This document shows, piece by piece, positions 57,576 to 64,000 of a DNA stretch of 64,000 nucleotides. Made by a program: the position numbers and the translations under genes. The stretch lies in contig JASMHM010000004.1 of NCBI GenBank assembly GCA_030750765.1, forward strand, positions 3,013-67,012. Direction: 5' to 3'. Source of the DNA: Candidatus Woesearchaeota archaeon. GTDB lineage: Archaea > Nanobdellota > Nanobdellia > Woesearchaeales > ARS49. The notes beneath the pieces were generated by a model that was not told the DNA's origin, searched no databases, and saw nothing but the letters and a program-made list of their open reading frames with translations. Each line of letters opens with the position of its first letter. The stretch's first letter is position 1.

Positions 57576-57828
57576 TCTGGTCGATCTTATCCCTACGTTC
57601 TGTATTTAGATAAAACTTGTGTCCGTACTTTTTGCTTTTCTTACACAGAATTCCTTGTCTGACTAGTGCGTCTGCCACTGCCATAATCTTTCCTTTTTCC
57701 TCTGCAGGGAACCCATCGCTTAACTCATCTTGATACAAGGACCCTTTGCCCCAACAACCGAGTTTGAATAGTTTCCTCACCAACGTCTTGGCAATGCGAA
57801 TATAATCTCCCCTAGAAATCTTTACCAT
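57565..57828 (-). CDS. small basic winged-helix-like protein
   Basis: KL...G.WG...GFP...LVRQG...YG...LN. Confidence 0.65.
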   Translation of the reverse strand: MVKISRGDYIRIAKTLVRKLFKLGCWGKGSLYQDELSDGFPAEEKGKIMAVADALVRQGILCKKSKKYGHKFYLNTERRDKIDQIKR

Positions 57829-57848
57829 GCCAGATTCACCCCTTGCTT

Positions 57849-57907
57849 CTTAATATGCTTCACGCGACAATGTCCAGTGTCCAGTGGCGAAACCGGAAAG
57901 TTTCCGA
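57849..57907 (-). promoter_or_regulatory. ORB-like element/TATA (copy 2) adjoining CCGGAAAGTTTCCGA
   Basis: ATGTCCAGTGTCCAGTGGC at 57870-57888; palindrome variant at 57893-57907. Confidence 0.65.
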
Positions 57908-57982
57908 ATCTCTGACGAGGTGCTCATGTTTATAACTGGTGCGTGACAGATAGTTACTAGGGGATTTTTCAAGCCTGAGCTA

Positions 57983-58993
57983 TTGCAAACAGGGGATAAG
58001 GTAGCAGTTATCTCTCCTTCTTGGGGAGGCCCTAGCATTTTTCCACATATTTACGAGTTAGGTTTAGAGGCTCTCACTTCGTTGGGTTTAGACGTAGTAG
58101 AATTTCCAACGGCAAGGGCAGAGGCCGATTATTTGTACCGGAATCCCGAAGTAAGAGCTGCAGATGTCAATAATGCTTTTGAGGATGCTGAAATCAAAGC
58201 CATATTTGCTGGCATTGGCGGAGATGACTCTGTTAGGATATTGCCTTTCTTGGACCCAAAAATCATACGCAACAGCCCAAAAGTTATTATGGGATACTCG
58301 GACACGGCTACCTTGCTGACTTATTGCAATCAATTAGGTTTGGTTACCTTCAACGGTCCCTCCGTGATGGCGGGATTTTCCCAGTGGAATGCTATACCTG
58401 AGTTTAGACAACACATCAAAGAATTCATGTTTGAATCACACGACGAGTATGTGTACCCGCAACATGATCGTTACACTGAAGGACATCCTGATTGGAGAAA
58501 ACAAGAAAACGCCGGAAAAGTAAATCCCTGGAAGGATGGTGAGGATTGGCAGTGGCTACAGGGCACGTCTGTGGTAGGAGGCCAGCTATATGGTGGTTGT
58601 ATCGAGGTCCTTGAGTTCATGAAAGAAACTGAGTTCTGGCCATCCCAAGAATTTTGGAACGGCAAGATTCTCTTTCTAGAGACCTCCGAAGAAAAACCTG
58701 GACCTGAGCAGGTCAAGTGGATGATGAGGAATTATGGTATGCAGGGCGTTTATGATAGAATTACAGGAATCTTGGTGGGAAGAGCAAGAGATTATTCTGA
58801 TGCGGAAAAAACGCAACTTTATGCTAATCTTGTGGATGTTGTTTCTGTTGAGTTCGGTAGAAGTGATTTGCCTATCGTTGCTAACATGGGCTTTGGTCAC
58901 ACCGATCCGCAATTTGTTTTACCTTTAGGGGTGAAAGCGGAGATTGATTGCGCAAAGAGAACACTAAAGCTTCTCGAGTCTCCTTTCAGATAA
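57983..58993 (+). CDS. S66 family peptidase (LD-carboxypeptidase/MccF-like)
   Basis: IGGDDS, GYSD, LFLETSE, FGHTDP. Confidence 0.92.
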   Translation: MQTGDKVAVISPSWGGPSIFPHIYELGLEALTSLGLDVVEFPTARAEADYLYRNPEVRAADVNNAFEDAEIKAIFAGIGGDDSVRILPFLDPKIIRNSPKVIMGYSDTATLLTYCNQLGLVTFNGPSVMAGFSQWNAIPEFRQHIKEFMFESHDEYVYPQHDRYTEGHPDWRKQENAGKVNPWKDGEDWQWLQGTSVVGGQLYGGCIEVLEFMKETEFWPSQEFWNGKILFLETSEEKPGPEQVKWMMRNYGMQGVYDRITGILVGRARDYSDAEKTQLYANLVDVVSVEFGRSDLPIVANMGFGHTDPQFVLPLGVKAEIDCAKRTLKLLESPFR

Positions 58994-59011
58994 GCGTTCT
59001 GCCACTATTTC

Positions 59012-59026
59012 CCGGAAAGTTTCCGG
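59012..59026. promoter_or_regulatory. CCGGAAAGTTTCCGG palindrome
   Basis: Identical to the 57169 copy including the flanking TTTC; upstream of GCATATAAA. Confidence 0.7.
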
Positions 59027-59070
59027 CGTGATTCCATAAAGCATATAAAGCCAGACAACAACGTAAAAGC

Positions 59071-59877
59071 ATGCTTATTCCGATGCGGGTGCAGAGCCCC
59101 TCAAGTATCAAGACCTACCAGCAATGCCCTAGAAAATATTACTATAACTATATCGCAAAGCTTCCTACGCTACCCAACATCCACCAGCTAAGGGGAAACA
59201 TCGTCCACTCGGTCCTAGAACGATTCTTCCAGCTTGACGTGGGCGAGGTGACCAAAGAAGACTTTCGTCAGGTGCTCCATGTAAAAATGCAAGAACTACT
59301 TGTTGAGTGCTGGAAGGAAAAAGAAGGGGCGCTAGAAAAGCTAGGGTTGGAGGATGAGAACATAGTGATGTTCTTTGAGGAAAGCATGCACATGTTAGAC
59401 AACTGGCTAAAACAATTATTTTCCAAGCTAGAAAAAAGTCCGCTACCTTTTGATGCTGCCTGGAAGACACAGCTTCCGTTAGAGCAGGAAGAGCAGTACG
59501 TCAGCGAACGGTATGGTGTTCGCGGATTCATCGACGTTGTCGAGCAGGTGGGAACAGAGATTCGCGTGATGGACTACAAGACTGACAAGCGCCCAGATGT
59601 TGAGAAGCACAAGCTGCAACTAGCCATCTATGCATTGTTGTATCAAGAGAAGCACGGTACGCTTCCTACCAAGGCAGGAATCTACTTTTTGAAAGGGGAC
59701 GAGGCGCATGTAGAGGTTGACGAGGCCCTGGTCGAGTTTGCCAAGCGCGAGGTAGAGCTCATCCACCAGAGCACCCAGAGCAAGGAAAAAGTTGACTATC
59801 CCAAACAGATCAGTCCTCTGTGCAAATGGAGAACGGGTCAGTGCGATTTCTACGACACGTGCCTTGGCGAGGATTAG
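59071..59877 (+). CDS. RecB/Cas4-like PD-(D/E)XK nuclease with 4-Cys cluster
   Basis: SPSS...CPRKY, GNIVH, GFID, DYKT, QLAIY, C..W...C...C. Confidence 0.88.
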   Translation: MLIPMRVQSPSSIKTYQQCPRKYYYNYIAKLPTLPNIHQLRGNIVHSVLERFFQLDVGEVTKEDFRQVLHVKMQELLVECWKEKEGALEKLGLEDENIVMFFEESMHMLDNWLKQLFSKLEKSPLPFDAAWKTQLPLEQEEQYVSERYGVRGFIDVVEQVGTEIRVMDYKTDKRPDVEKHKLQLAIYALLYQEKHGTLPTKAGIYFLKGDEAHVEVDEALVEFAKREVELIHQSTQSKEKVDYPKQISPLCKWRTGQCDFYDTCLGED

Positions 59878-60614
59878 TAAGGTACTGTTTTTTCGTGTTC
59901 GCGCACCAGATTCGCTGCATCTTCGTTTTGGCAAGAATACAACGCAGCCCAGGCGTGTGACCTGGTGGGCAGCATGGCCTGAAGTAATCCGGGCAGTCGC
60001 CCGTTAAAGTTAACGACTCTGTCTGCGAACTTGTCAAAGAGAGCAGGTTCTCGCAACAGGTCGCCATTCCAGCGATCTAGGGTTTTTCCGGTGGTTTCCA
60101 CAATCTTCGGAAACACCGCTCGGATCTGCGACCAAGGAGCGTCTGCCACCTCGGCTCCCCTTCCAGGGCCGGTGTACAGCCAACCGTTCACTCTTTCAAT
60201 GGAGCTGACCGCGCGTCGCAAGTTTTCAGGTTGATCGCTAGAGATGTCGATGCCTCTTGCGTCCTTCTGGACTTGGGAACAAATCCACAATGTGTATGGG
60301 TGGGAGTTTTGGCGTATGCTTTCGTCTCGTAGGGCTTCCTCGGTCCAGCAATTCCTAGGGACATAATCTTTTCTGCCTGGATTTTTCCACATCGCCTTTC
60401 GAAGGCCGTACATGGCGTGGGCGAACGCAGGGTCTATCGGGCAGTCTTCTGTCAGATCGAGTTCGGGATCCACGTCTAAGAATCTTGTTGCGCTGTCTAG
60501 TATTCTTCTCTTGTCGTGTGCTTGAAAAGGATTTTTCCAGAAGTGAGAGGCGTCTATATTACTAAGAAATTGTGCAACCTCTGCTAGGGTTGCGTCGTCT
60601 CCTCTCACTGCCAT
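59874..60614 (-). CDS. hypothetical protein
   Basis: 246-aa ORF, TTATATA upstream. Confidence 0.65.
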   Translation of the reverse strand: MAVRGDDATLAEVAQFLSNIDASHFWKNPFQAHDKRRILDSATRFLDVDPELDLTEDCPIDPAFAHAMYGLRKAMWKNPGRKDYVPRNCWTEEALRDESIRQNSHPYTLWICSQVQKDARGIDISSDQPENLRRAVSSIERVNGWLYTGPGRGAEVADAPWSQIRAVFPKIVETTGKTLDRWNGDLLREPALFDKFADRVVNFNGRLPGLLQAMLPTRSHAWAALYSCQNEDAANLVREHEKTVPY

Positions 60615-60672
60615 ACAATATTACTGTTTTCCAGCTATATAAGCTTTACTAATAATACTCACTAAAAAGTAG

Positions 60673-61059
60673 TTACTTTACGAGTACGCCGCTGATCGTG
60701 CCATCTTGCCCGGGTCGGGAGGTTACTTTCATCTTTCCCTTATCCGTATCGATAACTGCACCTTTAGTGATGATGTTTCTTCGTACGTAGTTTCTATTTG
60801 CAGCATTTTCTGCTACGGCTTTGATCTTGACCTTTTCGTATTTCTTCGTTTTAGGATCGTACAGGTTGGCAACGTCTGATCGCTGCAATTTTGCTTTGAT
60901 AAAACTGGCACCCTTCACTTTGACCAGGGTGGTTTTTGTCTTCCCTATCGTTGTGTTGGCGTTCTCTCTACCTAGCTCGTGGTGCTTTTTCTTTCGAGCT
61001 TCGAAGTATCTTCCGCCAGAGGCTTTTCTGCCCTGCATCGCGCGGTGTGATTGTGCCAT
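60673..61059 (-). CDS. rps8e: 30S ribosomal protein S8e
   Basis: RKKKHHELGR, RRNIITKGAVI, VTSRPGQDG. Confidence 0.96.
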   Translation of the reverse strand: MAQSHRAMQGRKASGGRYFEARKKKHHELGRENANTTIGKTKTTLVKVKGASFIKAKLQRSDVANLYDPKTKKYEKVKIKAVAENAANRNYVRRNIITKGAVIDTDKGKMKVTSRPGQDGTISGVLVK

Positions 61060-61151
61060 ACGCTGTCAACCCGTATTGGGTTTATAAAGCTTCTCGTTGG
61101 AGGTATGCATAGAAATGCTTAAGTAGTATAACCCTCCGCATTTGGTTAGAT

Positions 61152-61295
61152 ATGGCAAAAACAATAATGGTTGTGGACGATGAGCCGGATATCGTAACCA
61201 CGGTTACCGCGGTTCTAGAAGCTAATGGGTATAATGTGGTATCTGCTGTGAGCGGTGATGACTGTTTAAAGAAAATTAAATCTGGAGAAAATCCT
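61152..61295 (+). pseudogene. truncated response-regulator receiver (N-terminal third only)
   Basis: IMVVDDEPDI...LEANGYNV..A.SG.DCL...ENP, then similarity ends before the phospho-acceptor strand. Confidence 0.75.
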
Positions 61296-62110
61296 AACAA
61301 CACCCTCCGCAATAAGAGATACCTATTCGCAGCCTCACTCAGCGGATATTGCCATACGCTACCTGGACGATCACGGCATTTTTCCTGCGACTGTTGGCAA
61401 TCCTAAAGTACAACTCGCGACAACCGGAGGGTTGTTTGCATACTTTGACAACCATATCGAGGTGCATGCCGACGTTGCCATCGCCAGATGGGGCGAGCAT
61501 ATGGATCCAAAAATGGAAAAGCGGTTAAGCGAAAAGTTAGGTTGGCAAGAAGCCCACGGAGAGGGCGATGAAAGAGAGCCGAGTAAGGGTCGTGCGGTCT
61601 ATGCACGTTTTCTTGCCAGCATCGGATTTTACACAAATAAAAAGCCGGCAAGCCCAAAACGAAACACCAGAAAGAGTAATGGCTCGCAACTCCCCCCCAT
61701 TCCTTACCAGTATGATAAAAGATTATGAAACCTTGGGAGTGCATGAGAAGAAGCTAGCCAGGCAGTACTTACGAAACCTCTGCATGACCTGGACCCAGTG
61801 CAAAAGAGAACAAGATCCTAGCGTGTATTCTGTGACCTTTCTCAGTCAGCCCTCAAAAAGGCGTTTAGTCAAAGAAGCAAACTTACTCGTGAAGAGCATG
61901 AACATCGTTTGGGGTATGAACCTCAAACCAAAACACCGAACAGTTCACGAAACACGCACTAATGTGTGAACAGGAAGATTGCGTATTCCCCTCGAACAAA
62001 TGGTGGCGGTTGATCAGCGAACACACCCCCCATTCAAATTCAAAATAGAAAATGTGTCGCAATACGCGTTCGATAGACCTCAACACGCGCTTAACTCTTC
62101 AAGCGACTAA
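61291..62110 (+). pseudogene. decayed hypothetical gene (no start, probable frameshift at C7 run, in-frame TGA)
   Basis: Open frame 61270-61728, probable shift at 61692-61698, TGA at 61967 followed by 46 more open codons. Confidence 0.5.
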
Positions 62111-62549
62111 GCTCTCTAACCATATGCTTGAGTAACACTTTTTGTGTCTCTTGTTGGTCTCTCATTTTTTCCATGTGAGAGGCTAGTCCTGGTTCGTCAA
62201 AACAATCCCTCACCCAGTTTGCGAAGTCGTTGTTGTCCTCGCTCACATGGTGCTTGTAGGTGTCTTGATGCATGGTTTCTAAGGCATCAATAAGTTCGTA
62301 CACACTACGTAAAGGCTTGCCGCTTTTCAGCACAAAAGAACTGTCTGCGTGTATGCCGCCAAAGATTTGCTTCTTTCCCACCCTACTTTTTTTAGTGGTT
62401 TTCCGTCGTGGCATGGTCTTTGGTTCAAGCTTTGGAGTATTTAAATCTTTAGGCTTGCTACGACGGGTCAATCGTGCTACCACTTCCGTATCATGATCGG
62501 GCGTTTGGAAGGCTCGCTTGAGCAGTTTGAGTATCATACCGTGATCCAC
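62091..62549 (-). CDS. DUF5752-like protein (glycogen cluster associated)
   Basis: F...G..LRSVYEL..AL..M...HV...NDFANWV. Confidence 0.75.
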   Translation of the reverse strand: MDHGMILKLLKRAFQTPDHDTEVVARLTRRSKPKDLNTPKLEPKTMPRRKTTKKSRVGKKQIFGGIHADSSFVLKSGKPLRSVYELIDALETMHQDTYKHHVSEDNNDFANWVRDCFDEPGLASHMEKMRDQQETQKVLLKHMVRELSRLKS

Positions 62550-63688
62550 TCCTCTTTCTTCTGCTTCTGGCTTAAGTCTTGCAATACGTTCATGAAAGCG
62601 ATATACCCCTCATAGGGGCTGTCGTAGGGGTTGAAGTATTTATGAACATCGCCATCGTTGAACCATTTGGTGCACATGTAGTAGAAATGATCAGACGTGG
62701 TGAGCTTTCTCCAGTCTTCCAAGGCCTTGCCGGAAAGGTTGTCTTTGAGCGCGTACAGTTGTTTGAGTGCAGAATCTTGGAGTTTGTTGCCCGTCCATGC
62801 AGAAAGATCTCGTTCCACGTCTGCCCAGCTCACAAATTTGGGCATGTCTACAGTAGCTTTTGGCTTTTGCTTCAACGCTTCCGTTGGTGAGATGAACGAC
62901 ATGCCTTTGTCTTGCAACGCTTTGGGTAATTGTTCCAAGAACGCGAAGATTCCTGTGTCTTCCCATTGGTGTTCGCCAAAGGTTTCATAATCCATGAAGA
63001 GGTTGACAACATCCCCTTGTGCTTGACTCATCCAATCCCCGTATTTTTCTACAGTCAACGGATGTTCTTTCCAGCTCTTGTTAGAAAAGCGGAATGCGAT
63101 ATCGTCGGATAACTTGTAGTTCTTCAACAGCAAAGGCATTCCTTTGGGGCTTTGGTAGACGTAGTTGGGGCTTCTCCAGTCCAAGACGTGGTCGGCACCC
63201 TCTGCTAGCACGCCCTTAAAACCTAGGCGTTGGGCGTGCGCTGCGACTTCGTTGTTGTAGATCAATTCTGTATTACGGAGTATGGTGGGTTGTTGCTTGA
63301 AGTGTTTCTTGATGGCTTTGGCGTGCAAGCCCACTTGGTGGTCGAACTCTTGGCGGTCGTACAAGAATGCCAAGGAATGGTGATAGGTTTCGGATAAGAA
63401 TTCTACGTTGCCCGTGTCTGCCAGTTTTTGAAAGGATTGTAGTACTTCTTTGGGAAACTGTTCTAATGCAGTACCGGTGATGGAGTACGCAAAGCGAATA
63501 CCGTGTTGTTTGATGAGCTTGAGTAATAATTTGTTTGTGGGCAGGTAGCACTTTTTTGCTACCTTATCCATGACTTCTTTGTTGAGCTTGTCATCAAAGT
63601 ACTTGTCGTGCTTGCCCACGTCAAAAACAGTGTAGTTTTTGTTTATCCTGAACGGTTGGTGGACTTGGAAGTAGCAGCATACGTTCAT
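62534..63688 (-). CDS. glycoside hydrolase family 57 (alpha-amylase-like)
   Basis: FQVHQP, ETYHHSL, NTEL, DYETFGEH, SWAD, TSDHFYYM. Confidence 0.95.
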   Translation of the reverse strand: MNVCCYFQVHQPFRINKNYTVFDVGKHDKYFDDKLNKEVMDKVAKKCYLPTNKLLLKLIKQHGIRFAYSITGTALEQFPKEVLQSFQKLADTGNVEFLSETYHHSLAFLYDRQEFDHQVGLHAKAIKKHFKQQPTILRNTELIYNNEVAAHAQRLGFKGVLAEGADHVLDWRSPNYVYQSPKGMPLLLKNYKLSDDIAFRFSNKSWKEHPLTVEKYGDWMSQAQGDVVNLFMDYETFGEHQWEDTGIFAFLEQLPKALQDKGMSFISPTEALKQKPKATVDMPKFVSWADVERDLSAWTGNKLQDSALKQLYALKDNLSGKALEDWRKLTTSDHFYYMCTKWFNDGDVHKYFNPYDSPYEGYIAFMNVLQDLSQKQKKEEWITV

Positions 63689-64000
63689 GAGAGCACCTTC
63701 TTGTACACGTTTATTACCTTTTTGGCTGGTTCTTGCAAACCGAAGCGTTTGATCTCTTGTTTGCCGTTTGTTTTGATCTCGTCTAACACCACGTTATGCT
63801 GGAGGCTGGAGAGGATGAGGTTGGCCATTCTGTCCACGTCCCAGAAGTCTGTTTTCATGCAGTGGTGCATGACTTCTGCTACCCCGCTTTGGTTGCTGAT
63901 GATGGCTGGCGTTCCATTATGCATGGCTTCTAGGGCTACTAACCCGAAAGGTTCGGAAACTGAGGGCATGACGAAGAGGTCTGCCATGCTGAATGCTTTG
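63685..64000 (-). CDS. GT4 glycosyltransferase (glycogen synthase-like), C-terminal part
   Basis: FVMPSVSEPFGLVALEAM; coupled to GH57; runs off the window. Confidence 0.88.
   Translation of the reverse strand, partial: KAFSMADLFVMPSVSEPFGLVALEAMHNGTPAIISNQSGVAEVMHHCMKTDFWDVDRMANLILSSLQHNVVLDEIKTNGKQEIKRFGLQEPAKKVINVYKKVLS

Overview
This is a 64-kb chromosomal segment of a DPANN-type archaeon, most consistent with Woesearchaeota/Nanoarchaeota. That placement is inferred from the archaeal information genes (aIF5B, rps8e, rpl35Ae, Cdc6/Orc1, SMC, RNase HII, Nre, PINA ATPase, PAC2, a short AlaRS), TATA-driven mostly leaderless genes and many orphans. It carries four tRNAs (Gly-TCC, initiator Met-CAT, Ser-GCT, Val-CAC). 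I saw no rRNA, CRISPR array, integrase or transposase. The standout feature is a ~3.7-kb locus (46.5-50.2 kb) in an otherwise gene-dense window. Three uncharacterised coiled-coil/winged-helix genes sit between two long non-coding arms. The arms contain (i) GCTCACTTTTT boxes that switch orientation around an AT-rich core, (ii) an 11/22-bp phased iteron-like array, (iii) phased T-tracts and (iv) CCGGA-N5-TCCGG palindromes, which recur in intergenic DNA within about 10 kb on either side. This looks like a replication origin and/or centromere-like system that is not adjacent to cdc6 and may use its own DNA-binding proteins. Other notable items are an ORB-like duplicated promoter element, an aspartokinase split by a single in-frame TAG, a tandem triplet of an unrecognised protein family behind a structured leader, a ClpX-like ATPase between two tRNAs, and several microproteins missed by the ORF track. 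All functional calls come from motif recognition by eye; no database searches were run.
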